Counted from the stretch's first letter, positions 1 to 10,400 are shown. The stretch: DNA of 64,000 nt from Saprospira sp. CCB-QB6 (GCF_028464065.1 NZ_CP116808.1:1327886-1391885), one strand, 5' to 3'. Numbers and translations are program-made. The notes: generated by a model not told the origin, from the letters alone.

Positions 1-213
1 ATTGAATCGGTGGCAGTGGTCTTGCAGCTGGTCCATGGCTTTTTGCACCCCAGCAAAAATGCGGAGGATCTTCATCCCGAAATTGCGGCCCAGATTGCGG
101 CCAGTTGTATTCCCCTGCAAACAGAGGCCGCCAATTTGCGCTATATGGCCAAGGCGAGTTTTGGCTTTGGCGATGTGAATAGTTGTTTGCTTTTTGCCCG
201 CTGGGAGGACTAG
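1..213 (+). CDS. 3' end of a beta-ketoacyl-ACP synthase (partial; start lies upstream of the window)
   Basis: C-terminal ...AKASFGFGDVNSCLLFARW matches the conserved KAS C-terminus (SFGFGG-N-S/A-LVF); the ORF is open to the window edge. Confidence 0.5.
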   Translation: MESVAVVLQLVHGFLHPSKNAEDLHPEIAAQIAASCIPLQTEAANLRYMAKASFGFGDVNSCLLFARWED

Positions 214-217
214 TATT

Positions 218-400
218 TTCTTTTGGGGCTGCCCCTCCGGCCCTTTGGGCCTTCGGGTCGGGCCATTGCGCAGCTCGCTGATCGCTCGGCCCTTCGGCGC
301 AAAGCGCCTCGGTCTGCCGCCTACGGCGGCCCTGCTACAGCCCCTCAGCCTGCGGCGGCTTTGCCGCCTGCTATCTGTGCTTGTAGGTTAAAACCTACAG
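218..400 (+). repeat. REP/MITE-like GC-rich intergenic element, copy 1 (long form with 3' hairpin tail)
   Basis: TTTTGGGGCTGCCCC...GGGTCGGGC...GCAGCTCGCT...GCTCGGCCC...GGTCTG...CCTCAGCC blocks shared with about 21 other copies in the window. Confidence 0.7.
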
Positions 401-627
401 CAAGAAGCGGTATTGCTTCGCAATCTTATATGCATGAGGGTTAACACCCTCATGCGTTGAACTTGGACCAAATCTGCAGCTAGCTTTTGCCCGCCTCCCC
501 AAGGGATTCCTTAGGGAATCCCGCAGAGGGGTGGGTGGGCGGGGACATATTGACAAATGAGGAGCGCAGCGACGAATACCGCTTAAAAGGGCGGACCAAA
601 AGGCCGAAGAAGAAGGACCAAGCAAAA

Positions 628-768
628 CCGCCCTGATGAGCGGCCCAGCGCTGCGGAGGGGTGGCCGAAGGCCAGACCAAGCAGGCTTCGCCTGCGCAGG
701 GCCGAACAGTCTTGTGAGCCCCGCAGCATAGCGGCGGCCAGCTTGCTGGCCGCGGGCCCCAAAAAAAA
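628..768 (-). repeat. REP/MITE-like element, copy 2 (reverse orientation)
   Basis: GCGGAGGGGTGGCCGAAGGCCAGACC...GCAGGGCCGAAC...GGGCCCCAAAAAAA; near-identical to the copy at 52088-52258. Confidence 0.65.
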
Positions 769-888
769 TAAAAAAATTTCACCCTCCTAAATAACTGATA
801 AAAAGCAACTTAAAAGAAAGGCAGGAAATAAATGAAGAAAAAAAGCGGCTAAAAATGAAAAAAGATTTGTGAGATCCAAAAAGCCGCC

Positions 889-896
889 TTATATTT
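889..896 (+). promoter_or_regulatory. Bacteroidota-type -7 promoter element (TATATTTG) for tRNA-Leu
   Basis: TAnnTTTG consensus 20 nt upstream of the tRNA 5' end. Confidence 0.45.
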
Positions 897-915
897 GCAA
901 CGTCGAAAATGATAA

Positions 916-1000
916 GCGGATGTGGTGAAATTGGTAGACACGCTAGACTTAGGATCTAGTGCCGCAAGGTGTGTGGGTTCGAGTCCCTCCATCCGCACCA
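916..1000 (+). tRNA. tRNA-Leu (anticodon TAG), type II with long variable arm, CCA encoded
   Basis: Acceptor stem GCGGATG/CATCCGC, anticodon stem CTAGA/TCTAG with loop CTTAGGA (anticodon TAG), 13-nt variable arm, T-loop TTCGAGT, 3' ACCA. Confidence 0.8.
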
Positions 1001-1170
1001 ATTTAGAAAGTGCAAATTCTGATGGGATTTGCGCTTTTTTTTTGTGCAAAACCAAAGATCGGGCTTAAATCTATGCCTAGAATTAAGACAACTTCAGTAT
1101 CTTTGGGCCACTTTTGGGGAAAATCCCTAAAATTACGATTTGATTATTAAGTTATTAAAGACTAGACACG

Positions 1171-2577
1171 ATGCCAGTTGCAACGCATACGTTTAATGAG
1201 GGGGAGCAGACCGTAGTGCTGCACCTGCAGATTGCCAAGAATGAGTATATGAACTTGGTGGATAAAAAGTTGAAAGAAGTTCGCAAAAACTTCCAACAGC
1301 CTGGTTTCCGCCCTGGCAAGGCTCCTATGGGTCTATTGCGTAAGAAATTTGGGAATGAAATCCTTTGGGATGAAATGAACAAAATTTTGGACCAAGAGGT
1401 GCGCAATTTCATCCAAGAAAAAGAACTAAAGGTATTGGGTAACCCTATGCCTCAAAATAGTCTAGAAACGAACATCAACAAACCTGTAGATGTAGAACTA
1501 GACATCGAGATTGGTTATATGCCTAAGCAAGAGATTGTTGGCATTAGCGAAGATACTGCTTTCCCTTTCTACAAAGTAGAAATGAGCGAAACAGAGCTAG
1601 CTGAAGAAATCGAAGCACAGCGCAAGCAGCGTAGCCAAGACCTTAGCGAAGATGCTACGGATATCCAAGACAACGACCTTTTGGAAATCAAAGTAGTAGC
1701 GAACAATGAGGCTGCTTGGACCAATGAGTCGACTATGGTTGCCATGGACAAAGCCACAGCTGATGTACAAACTCAACTCAAAGCTATTGAGGTAGGTGGA
1801 AGCATTGTTTGCAAGTTGTCTGATTTGGATACAGCCCTAACTGCTGAGCGTCGTATGGGTATGTTCTTCCCTGAAGTAGAAACAGAAGAGGAAGATGTAG
1901 AAGTAACTGTAGAAGTACTCAAAGTGAAGCGTCAGATTCTTCGCGAATTGAATGAGGAGTTCTTTGCTGAGCTTTTCCCTGAGGATGAGATCAAAACAGA
2001 AGAAGAATTTAAGGCAAAATTTGCTGAAATGGTCAGCGAGCAATTTGCCCCTGCTGCTAAGAGCATCTACTTCCGTTATGTTTATGAGGAGTTGATGGAG
2101 AAAAACAACTTTGAACTTCCTGAGAAATTCTTGCGCAAATGGCTAGAAGAAAGCCGTGAAGAAAAACAAGAAGAAGTAAATGACGATAACTTTGCAGACT
2201 TTATGCGTCGTCTACGTTGGTCTTTGATCATCGATCAATTGACTAGCGAGCACAATGTAGAAGTAAGCCAAGAAGAAGTAGAGCATGCTATCCGTATGGC
2301 TATCGCTCGTCAGTACAACTTCCAAATTCCTCCTTACCACCCCATCATGGACAGCCAAATCGAGAACTTGATGAAGGATGAGGCTACTGTTCGTCAGTTT
2401 GGAGAGCAAGTACAAGAACAAAAAGTATTTGAAGCCCTCTTCCCTCTCTTTGGTAAAGCTGAAGAAACTGTAGATGCCGCCAAATTTGACGAAGTCTACA
2501 AAGCTCGCTTCGAGCAAAACGAAGCAGCCACTTCTGAAGAAGTTGTAGAAGAAGTAGAAGCGGAAGACGCAGAATAA
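1171..2577 (+). CDS. tig: trigger factor (ribosome-associated chaperone / PPIase) with acidic C-terminal tail
   Basis: N-terminal ribosome-binding signature PGFRPGKAP; about 440 aa plus a Glu-rich tail. Confidence 0.75.
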   Translation: MPVATHTFNEGEQTVVLHLQIAKNEYMNLVDKKLKEVRKNFQQPGFRPGKAPMGLLRKKFGNEILWDEMNKILDQEVRNFIQEKELKVLGNPMPQNSLETNINKPVDVELDIEIGYMPKQEIVGISEDTAFPFYKVEMSETELAEEIEAQRKQRSQDLSEDATDIQDNDLLEIKVVANNEAAWTNESTMVAMDKATADVQTQLKAIEVGGSIVCKLSDLDTALTAERRMGMFFPEVETEEEDVEVTVEVLKVKRQILRELNEEFFAELFPEDEIKTEEEFKAKFAEMVSEQFAPAAKSIYFRYVYEELMEKNNFELPEKFLRKWLEESREEKQEEVNDDNFADFMRRLRWSLIIDQLTSEHNVEVSQEEVEHAIRMAIARQYNFQIPPYHPIMDSQIENLMKDEATVRQFGEQVQEQKVFEALFPLFGKAEETVDAAKFDEVYKARFEQNEAATSEEVVEEVEAEDAE

Positions 2578-2602
2578 CTACTGTCACATATATAGGTATT
2601 AC

Positions 2603-2652
2603 ACCTAAACGAAGAGCAGGACTACAAAATGTAGTTCTGCTCTTTTTTTATC
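2603..2652 (+). terminator. rho-independent terminator after tig
   Basis: AGAGCAGGACTAC-AAAAT-GTAGTTCTGCTCT hairpin followed by a T-run. Confidence 0.6.
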
Positions 2653-2778
2653 TAAATGTTAATTTATATTGATAAACTGTTAACAAATCTAGGCATTCAT
2701 TGCAAAAAGCTAAAAATCAGCGTTTTTTATTTTGAACATTTAAACAATATCTTAATTTTGTAACTGTAGAGACTGCTG

Positions 2779-3168
2779 TTGCATTTTGGCAGTTTCTATA
2801 AAGAAAACAGCTATACTATAAAACAAACTGCTATGCCTACACCGCTTAACAAAAGCTATCACTTTGCAAATGATGAAACAGAGATTCAGTTTCAGTTTAA
2901 AGATTTACGCAAAATCGTTTTAGATCTTCGCGCACTTAATCATGAATTAAGACAACGAATTGTTCGACTTCTGTTGGATAATGGCCCAATGACCGTCACA
3001 CAGCTCTATATTAAATTGCGTATCGAGCAATCTGTAGCCTCCCAACATTTGGCCATCCTCAGAAAAGCTAATATTGTTTTAGCAGAAAGAGAAGGCAAGT
3101 TTATCCATTATCACCTTGATAAAAATCAGCTAGAACGTATTGAAGAGTTACTAGCAGGCCTACAATAA
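2779..3168 (+). CDS. ArsR/SmtB-family winged-HTH transcriptional regulator with no metal-binding Cys; the true start may be the Met at 2833
   Basis: LRQRIVRLL...MTVTQLYIKLRIEQSVASQHLAILRKANIV...FIHYHL matches the ArsR HTH and wing; lies in an AT-rich islet. Confidence 0.6.
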   Translation: MHFGSFYKENSYTIKQTAMPTPLNKSYHFANDETEIQFQFKDLRKIVLDLRALNHELRQRIVRLLLDNGPMTVTQLYIKLRIEQSVASQHLAILRKANIVLAEREGKFIHYHLDKNQLERIEELLAGLQ

Positions 3169-3201
3169 ACTCCTTTTCCATCTTTTAAAATCAACGCAAT
3201 C

Positions 3202-3525
3202 ATGGCAACAACTCTGTCTTCTAACAAACAACCAACTAACCATATCGATTTGCACCTTCTTGATCAAGCTAATCAAACTATCCGGGCACTAGCCCATGCA
3301 CTCCGTCTCGACATTCTGTCTTATATCGACAAACACCCTGGCACGAATGTCAATAGTATCTATAATGCTTTAGAACTAGAGCAATCTATCACCTCTCAGC
3401 ATCTACGCATTCTCCGACAAGCAGAACTCGTTATCTACGAGCGACAAGGAAAACAAATTCTCTATACACTTAACTACTCTAGATTGCATTCGTTACAGTC
3501 TGCAATCAAAGATTTTTTAAAATAA
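3202..3525 (+). CDS. second, tandem ArsR/SmtB-family regulator (paralog of the preceding gene)
   Basis: LRLDILSYIDKHPGTNVNSIYNALELEQSITSQHLRILRQAELVIYERQGKQILYTL has the same fold signature as the upstream gene; no Cys residues. Confidence 0.6.
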   Translation: MATTLSSNKQPTNHIDLHLLDQANQTIRALAHALRLDILSYIDKHPGTNVNSIYNALELEQSITSQHLRILRQAELVIYERQGKQILYTLNYSRLHSLQSAIKDFLK

Positions 3526-3545
3526 AGGCAATTTAGGGACTGCCG

Positions 3546-3588
3546 AAAAAGAAAGCTCCTGCGAGATATCTCGCAGGAGCTTTTCTAA
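3546..3588. terminator. bidirectional rho-independent terminator (perfect 13-bp palindrome GCTCCTGCGAGAT/ATCTCGCAGGAGC flanked by A- and T-runs)
   Basis: Perfect inverted repeat between convergent genes. Confidence 0.7.
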
Positions 3589-3605
3589 TCCTAAGATAAG
3601 GCTGC

Positions 3606-4127
3606 TTAAAAGCGCTCTTTAAAATCTAAACGATTTTTATCCTTCTGATAAATGCTCGTTTTAACGGTTCGCTTGCCCGTTTTACTATCTACCGACTCTT
3701 GCTCAAAACGCAAAAGCTCATTTTTATACGATAAACGGCCTTCTAGCTTTTGCCCAAAGTCTTCCCCAACTTGCAGTAAATAACTCAAACTCTCTACCTT
3801 GGACCCCGATTTCTTAAAGGAAACTGCATCTACCGTAATCATATTTCCAGCCTCCTTTTTGCTAGCATAAAGCAAGACCCAGCCCTTTTTTAAAGCAATT
3901 TTCCCCAAAGGGAAGTATTTAGTCCCCGCCGGAATATAACCTATATCCAATTTGGCCACTTCTGTAGCAGGCAAGGCCTTCGCCAACTGCCCACAAATTT
4001 TTTCCAACTGCTCGGCTTCCAAACTGCCCGAAAGATCTTTAAAATGCCCCAACAAGGCCTCATCTAATTGTGCTGAAAGCCCTAGGCTCAACAACATACT
4101 CAAAGAAAATAATAGGAAATTTTTCAT
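3606..4127 (-). CDS. hypothetical secreted protein (signal peptide)
   Basis: N-terminal MKNFLLFSLSMLLSLGLSAQ; no recognisable domain. Confidence 0.45.
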   Translation of the reverse strand: MKNFLLFSLSMLLSLGLSAQLDEALLGHFKDLSGSLEAEQLEKICGQLAKALPATEVAKLDIGYIPAGTKYFPLGKIALKKGWVLLYASKKEAGNMITVDAVSFKKSGSKVESLSYLLQVGEDFGQKLEGRLSYKNELLRFEQESVDSKTGKRTVKTSIYQKDKNRLDFKERF

Positions 4128-4162
4128 CTTGTCATTTTATACTGAACTCACAAAAAGGAAGC

Positions 4163-5278
4163 CTACTCATAAATTAGGTCCACATAAATAGGTAAATGAT
4201 CGCTAAATCCACCCAAAAACTTGGGCCCACCATAGGTCCGAAATGGCTGCAAACCCATATACGCCCGATCTTCTTCCAGTAAAAAACGAGCTGCAAAAAT
4301 TTGCGCCCCCAAAGGACTCGCCCGCAAATGCCCTTTGGCCGTTTCTTGGACCAATGGCGTAGAAACAACCATATGATCTAAGGTGCCCCAATGTCCTCTA
4401 AATTTATGAGATCCCAATTGCCAATTCTTAGACAATGCATGCATGTAGTTATACATATCGCCCGGCCCCAAATCTTCTTTTTCGGGCACAGCACGCAATA
4501 CTTCGGTCAATGAAATGTTTTCGGCCTCATCATTAAAGTCTCCCATAACGGCTATTTTAGCCTGCGGACTCGCTTTATAAATAGAGTCTATTTTGGCCCG
4601 AACCAAACCCGCTACATAAACCCGCTTGGGCTCACTTGCCGCCTGCCCCCCTCTTCGAGAAGGCCAGTGATTGACAAAAATGTGCAGACTGTCTTTGCTC
4701 CCCAACACTTTTCCGCAAACGTAAAGAACATCCCGCGTTTTGACAGCCGTATCAAATGGAAAAACGACCCGAATGGGCTCATGATGCAAAACCTCAAATT
4801 TGTCTGAGCGATAAATAAAGCCCACATCAATCCCCCGCCGATCGGGAGAGTCCTCATGCACAATTTTATAACGGAATTTCTGCAAAGGGGTCAAACTCAA
4901 CAAATCTTCCAAGACTTTTCGGTTTTCCAACTCGCAAAAGCCCACCATTTCGGGTGGACCGCCCCAGCCCCCAAGGGCCGTCAATACCTTATAAATATTA
5001 CTTAATTTCTGCTTATAGCGATAATAACTCCAGCCCTTCAGGCCCCTTGGCGTAAACTCATCATCCCGTTTTTTGGGGTCGTCTTCTGTGTCAAAGAGGT
5101 TTTCTACATTGTAGAAGGTCAAGCGAACCGCCCGCCCCTGCCGAGCTCCATCATCAAAGTTTTTGAGGCCCAATTTCAAGGCGCCTTCTTCGGCCTCTCG
5201 TAGGGCGCTGCTGTCTGCCTGAGCAGAAAGTTGCCAAAAACTAGCACAACACCATAGTAAAGCTAGATAATACCGCAT
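4163..5278 (-). CDS. secreted endonuclease/exonuclease/phosphatase (EEP) family protein
   Basis: Signal peptide plus LTFYNVENLFDTEDD (EEP N-terminal motif) and a C-terminal SDHLP-type motif. Confidence 0.6.
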   Translation of the reverse strand: MRYYLALLWCCASFWQLSAQADSSALREAEEGALKLGLKNFDDGARQGRAVRLTFYNVENLFDTEDDPKKRDDEFTPRGLKGWSYYRYKQKLSNIYKVLTALGGWGGPPEMVGFCELENRKVLEDLLSLTPLQKFRYKIVHEDSPDRRGIDVGFIYRSDKFEVLHHEPIRVVFPFDTAVKTRDVLYVCGKVLGSKDSLHIFVNHWPSRRGGQAASEPKRVYVAGLVRAKIDSIYKASPQAKIAVMGDFNDEAENISLTEVLRAVPEKEDLGPGDMYNYMHALSKNWQLGSHKFRGHWGTLDHMVVSTPLVQETAKGHLRASPLGAQIFAARFLLEEDRAYMGLQPFRTYGGPKFLGGFSDHLPIYVDLIYE

Positions 5279-5315
5279 TTTCTATAATTTTAAAGTAGAC
5301 TAATGTATTTTTGAT

Positions 5316-5456
5316 TTGGGGCCTGCGGGCCAAAGGCCCGCCCTTACGCTTCGGGGCTCGCTGTTCGCTCGGCCCTGCGGCGGCAAAGCCGCCTGGGTCT
5401 GGCCTTCGGCCACCCCTGCGCATCAGTAGGCCGCTCAACGGCCTTGTTTTGCTTTG
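5316..5456 (+). repeat. REP/MITE-like element copy (forward), first of an inverted pair
   Basis: TTTGGGGCCTGCGGG...GGGGCTCGCTGTTCGCTCGGCCCTGCGGCGG...GGTCTGGCC. Confidence 0.65.
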
Positions 5457-5511
5457 GGCCGAAGGCTGCGGCCGCTGGGCCGCTTTTGGTCCAGAAAGGC
5501 GCGAAGCGCCT

Positions 5512-5642
5512 TGGCTTAGGGATGGAAAGCAGTGGCCCGCAGGGCCAGACCAAGGCGCTGCAAGCGCCGAAGGGCCGAGCGAACAGCGAGCTGCGACACA
5601 GCCCGACCCGACCGCAGGGAGGGGAAGCCCCAAAAAAACAGC
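5512..5642 (-). repeat. REP/MITE-like element copy (reverse), second of an inverted pair
   Basis: GGGATGGAAAGCAGTGGCCCGCAGGGCCAGACC...GAGCTGCGACACAGCCCGACCCG...CCCCAAAAAAA. Confidence 0.65.
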
Positions 5643-5730
5643 TCCCCTACCCTAGCTAAATTACACAAATTGCTGGGCTCCGCCTTAGCCCCTCTACAAT
5701 CTTTACCCTTTTTTAATTTGCGCCGCAAAA

Positions 5731-7425
5731 ATGAAAGCTTGGAAACTTCGCTCTTTTAATACCACTACCGCTCAGCAGCTGCAAGAGGCGCTGAAGGTGC
5801 ATCCTGTTTTTTGCCAGTTGTTGGTCCAAAGAGGGGTGCATGATTTTGAGCAGGCCAAACAATTTTTTCGGCCCAATTTGGCCAATTTGCATGCGCCTAA
5901 TTTGTTGGCGGGTATGCCTGCTGCTTTGGCGCGTTTGGGGCAGGCCTTGGCGCAGGGCGAAAAAACCCTACTTTTTGCCGATTATGATGTCGATGGCCTT
6001 TCCGCTTTGCTCATTTTACATCGCATATTGGACCAAAAGCTGCCTTTAGATTATCTTTTGCCCGATCGTTTTGAGCAGGGTTATGGTCTTTCGGTTTATG
6101 CGGTAGAGTTTGCGCAGGCGGTAAATTGTTCGCTCATTATTGCTTTAGATTGTGGTAGTCGGGACCATAAAGCGTTGGCATTGGCCCAAAAGCTGGGCAT
6201 TGATGTGATTATTGTGGATCATCATGAATTGCTACGTAAGCAGCAGCCCAAAGCAGCGGCTTTAATCAACCCCAAACAAGCCCAATGCGGCTATCCCAAT
6301 TCGGAAATTACGGCGGCGGGCTTGGCCTTTAAGTTAGCCCAAGCCTTGGTGGAGCAAGAAAATTGGCCAGAGGCGCCACTTTGGCCGCTTTTGCAGTGGG
6401 TAGCGCTCAGTTTGGCGGCAGACCAAGCCCCATTGACTGGCGAAAATCGAATTTTGGCCCATCATGGTTTGCGTTTTTTAGAAGAGGAGGGAGAAGAAAT
6501 TTTGCAGCAGATTCAGGAGCGTTTGGAGCGGCCAAGGCCTTATAATATGCAGGCGCTTTATTTTGGTTTGGTGCCCTTGCTCAATGCGCCGGGGCGGATG
6601 GGGCATGCTCAAACGGCTGCTGATTGCTTATTGGCCAAGGGAGAAAAGGAGCAAAAGAAGAAATTGGAGCTTTTGTTTTTGCAAAATCAGGCGAGAAAAA
6701 GGGCTCAGGAAGAGGTTTATCAGGAAATCCAACGAATATTACAAGAGCAGGGGCAATGGTTAGAGCGTTCGCTTTTGTTGTTGGCCCAGCCGCATTGGCC
6801 GCTTGGTGTTTTGGGCATTTTGGCCAGTCGATTGAGTAAAGAATGGGGGCGGCCCTGTCTTCTTTTTGGGCAAAATAAAGCGGGTAACTGGCAGGGATCG
6901 GGTCGTTCTCCTGAAGGGCAAGAATTATTGCCTGCGGTAGAGGCTTGTTCTGCGCAGTTATTACAATATGGTGGGCATAGTCGGGCCTTGGGTTTACAGC
7001 TCAAAAAAGAAGAATTGGCTGCTTTTGAGGCGGCCTTAGAGGCCCAGCTTTATCAGCAGTTGAGTCGGGGGCCAGAGCCAGAAGCCATAGCAATAGATGC
7101 TCAGTTAGATTTTTCTTTAATTGGGCCAAAGTTTTGGAAATTGCTCAAGCAATTTGCGCCCTTTGGGCCGGGCAATCCCAATCCTTGTTTTATGAGTAAA
7201 AACCTTTGTGATAGTGGCTATTCCAAGGCGATCAATCAGAAGCATTTGCGTTTATTTTTGCGGCAGGGGCAAGGGAGTCCGCAAGAGGGAATAGCGTATA
7301 ATTTTATGGAACATTTTGAGCAGATCAAGAGTCGCAAGCCCTTTCATTTATGTTATCAATTGGAAGAGCATTTTTATCGGGGGCGGCGGAAATTGCAATT
7401 TGTGGCTAGAGACATCAAGTTTTAG
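5731..7425 (+). CDS. recJ: single-stranded-DNA-specific exonuclease RecJ
   Basis: DHH-family motifs DYDVDGLSAL and VIIVDHHE; about 560 aa with DHHA1-like C-terminal region. Confidence 0.75.
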   Translation: MKAWKLRSFNTTTAQQLQEALKVHPVFCQLLVQRGVHDFEQAKQFFRPNLANLHAPNLLAGMPAALARLGQALAQGEKTLLFADYDVDGLSALLILHRILDQKLPLDYLLPDRFEQGYGLSVYAVEFAQAVNCSLIIALDCGSRDHKALALAQKLGIDVIIVDHHELLRKQQPKAAALINPKQAQCGYPNSEITAAGLAFKLAQALVEQENWPEAPLWPLLQWVALSLAADQAPLTGENRILAHHGLRFLEEEGEEILQQIQERLERPRPYNMQALYFGLVPLLNAPGRMGHAQTAADCLLAKGEKEQKKKLELLFLQNQARKRAQEEVYQEIQRILQEQGQWLERSLLLLAQPHWPLGVLGILASRLSKEWGRPCLLFGQNKAGNWQGSGRSPEGQELLPAVEACSAQLLQYGGHSRALGLQLKKEELAAFEAALEAQLYQQLSRGPEPEAIAIDAQLDFSLIGPKFWKLLKQFAPFGPGNPNPCFMSKNLCDSGYSKAINQKHLRLFLRQGQGSPQEGIAYNFMEHFEQIKSRKPFHLCYQLEEHFYRGRRKLQFVARDIKF

Positions 7426-7436
7426 TAGTCTAAAAA

Positions 7437-7476
7437 AGGAAAGGGCTAAGCTTAAACAGCTTAGCCCTTTTTTAGG
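7437..7476. terminator. bidirectional terminator between recJ and the giant gene
   Basis: AAGGGCTAAGC-TTAAACA-GCTTAGCCCTT flanked by A- and T-runs. Confidence 0.6.
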
Positions 7477-7479
7477 TCA

Positions 7480-10400
7480 TTAGCCCAAATCATTTTCCAT
7501 TAAGCCGCCGCCATTGAGGCCAGCGCCCAGGTCTAGTTGGACCTCAATTTGGTCAATAAGGCTTTCTCCGGCTTTGAGGTTTAGGCCAGAGAAATCGATA
7601 CTAATATCTCGGCTATTTCCGCCTTCTTCGATAGGGACAGAAAACTGTCCAGCTTGCAGGTTAACTTGTCGGCTACTTTCCAGATATTCAAAAGAATTAG
7701 TATTGAACTTCAGGTCGGCGATTTGGAACTCTACGGCTGCTTGGTGGATCCAGTTTGCTTGGCTATCAGAAGTAAAGAAAGAGCCATTTCCTTGGATTTG
7801 GAGTTGGTTATCTTGGTAAGTGTAGCTTCCTTGGAGCGTAAACTCATCATTTGTCATGCTAAGATAATCGAGCAGGGCTTTGGGTTCGGAGCTACCGCCT
7901 TTAGTAAAGCCGAGTTGGTCTTCGATTCCTTCATAGACGACATTTAGTTCTTCGAAGGCTTCGAAATGTTCTTCTTGGGCCATTTCGAGTTCTTCTTGTA
8001 ATTCGTCTAATTCGGCTCGAATATCGTCTAGTTCGGCTTGTTCCTCTGCAGAGAGTTGATTTTGGCGGGCTTCTAGGCCTTCTTTGGCGATAGTTTTCTC
8101 TTTAATTTGGTCTTGAAGATCGAGGGTTGCATCTTCTGCGGCATAGAAAAGTTCTTGATCTTGGGCGACCACATCAGTATATTCAAAAAGCAGGTCTAGG
8201 ACGGGGTCGTATTGATTGAGTAAAGAAAGGCTATTCACATCTCCATCTTTAATCAGACCTGCTTCGAGTTGTTCGTGTAATTTTTCTACTGCGCTATATT
8301 CTGCATTACCAGAGCCCACACCATCTACGCCAGTATTTCCTTGTAAGACCTCTTGAATAGCTGCGGTATAGCCAGCTTGGAATCCCTCCTTATATTGTTG
8401 AAAAAAGGGTTGAATTTGGCTTTGGTAGAGTGCTTGAAAGTTAGCTTTTAGTTGTTTCCGAATAGATTTATCGAGGCTACGTTTACCATCTTTATCAAAG
8501 TCGGCAATAAAATTATCATATTCTGCTTGTAGGGCTAAAACTTGATCATCAATGTAGTCATTTTGGTTTTGGCCAGGGGCCAAAGCGGTAGGATGCTCCT
8601 GTCCAAAAATGCGAATTAGATCAGCGTAGGCATTAGTAACTGCAACTGCTAAAGCTTCATCTTCATCAGAGGAAGACGTTTGTTGGGCGGCCTCTGATTT
8701 TTCTTTTTTGATTAGTTCATTTAAGGCCTTTCTCATCTCGCCAACTAAGCGGTAGCGACCTTTTTCCATTTCGGCAGAAGAGGAATTGGGACTATTGTAA
8801 GAATCTTCGATCAGGAGTTCCCTTGCTTTTTCGTAGCCTTGGACATATTTATCTTGGCCTACATTTCCGGCAGCGGCTAGGAGTTGAGTTTGATAGTTAG
8901 TTGCTTCGGCTAGGGCGGCTCCTTCTTCGGCTGTTTCGGAATTATTGATTCCTTCTACTAGGCCTTTTCGGGCACCTCGGATATATCCTTCTTTAAAACT
9001 TTGCAGTTGTTTTTCCCATTCGGCAATTGTCTTTCGCATGAATTGTTTGTCCTCATTAGACAGCTGTTCTGTTAGGAGGCCTTCTGCTTGGCTAATGAGT
9101 GTTGTAGTGAGTTCTTGATGATTTTCTAGGGGCGTAGCATTTTGGTCAAACCCTAATAGATTTTGAGCTTGGCCTTCAATTTGGCTTAGGATATTAGGGA
9201 TTTGGCTATCCTCTAATTCTTCGGCGGCCGCTTGGCCTGTTTCTTTTGCGATTTGAATAATTTTGGGTAAGAATGCTTTTAAGTCTTCTAGCATAGTAGG
9301 CACTCCGTTCGCTTCAAACTCTCCTTGGAGGTTAGCCATTTGGCTGGGGCTAGCTTGGCGTTGGTCTCGGCCATAAGAGTAACCTTTTTCATAGGCATTA
9401 GCATAGGCATCGCCTAAGGTAGTTCGCAGCTCTTCTATTCTTTGGTCGAGGACAGAGCTTGACTTTTTGGTTTCTCCATTGATTGTTTGGTTGAGTCCAT
9501 CTTGCCGTCCAGTTGTGCGACCAAGGTGAAACTGTCCTTCTAATTCAGAGGCATAAGACAAAGTAGGATCTTTGGGCGTATAGCTTAATTCCTCAAAATT
9601 ATCTCCTTCTTTTTCGTTAGTTGCGGCTAAATAGCCTTGTTGGTAGCCTAAGTTATAGGCTTCTCCCTTATCAAAAAGGTATTGATAGCCATTTAGGAAA
9701 CCCTCCTGTGTTGGTCCATCTAGTTTTTCGGCTTCTGCTTCCTTTTGGGATTCAAAATTTTCGCCATTGAGCAAAGCTTTTTTGTGTGCAGCAATATCTT
9801 TTCGGGCGATTTCTTGGCCCAATTGATAACCTCTATCGTGGCCTCCGCCTTGTATTTTTCGATTAACTTCTTCTGTACTAATTAGGCCAGCTTGTAGCAT
9901 TTGGGCCATTTTATAGCCTTCGGCCTTACCTGCATTAAAAGCGGCTAGGGTATTTTTATCGGCTTGGGCATATTCTGTATCCTTGCCTGCTGCAGCGGCC
10001 AGCGCCTCTTCTTGTCCGGCCAGTGGAGGATATCCTTCTACTGACTGATAACCAAAGAGGAGACCGTCTTGACGGGCTTTTTCGGCACTATCTTGTTTAG
10101 CCACTTTGGCTGTTGCATCTTCTAATGCTTGCTGGTAACCTTTTTCGATTTCCGCCATTTGGCTATCGACCTTAGCTAGTGGATCTTCGGGAGCGCTTTC
10201 TTTTTTAGGATTAGCAGCAGCTTTTTGAGCCTTCTCTTCTAATTCTTTGCGTTTTTTGCTCAGTGCAGCTTGCATTTTAGCTTCTTTTTGGGCCAAAATC
10301 TCATTAGCTTGAGTTTTAGCCGCAGCTCCAATTTGGGCTTCGGGAGCTTCCTCATCGCCATAAAGTTTTAGGCTTCCACTAAGGTCGCTAGCATCTTGTC

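Noticed and set aside
194-444. ORFs 194-391 and 223-444, and similar ORFs at 5311-5655, 13423-13718, 17905-18253, 19955-20267, 23504-23710, 24558-24786, 27499-27861, 29477-29732, 34815-35006, 42424-42664, 45501-45757, 46248-46500, 51760-52261, 52032-52235 and 62918-63150
   Set aside because: All lie entirely within GC-rich REP copies. These stay open on several frames simply because they lack A/T-rich stop codons. They show Ala/Arg/Gly/Pro-rich pseudo-protein composition with no start context.
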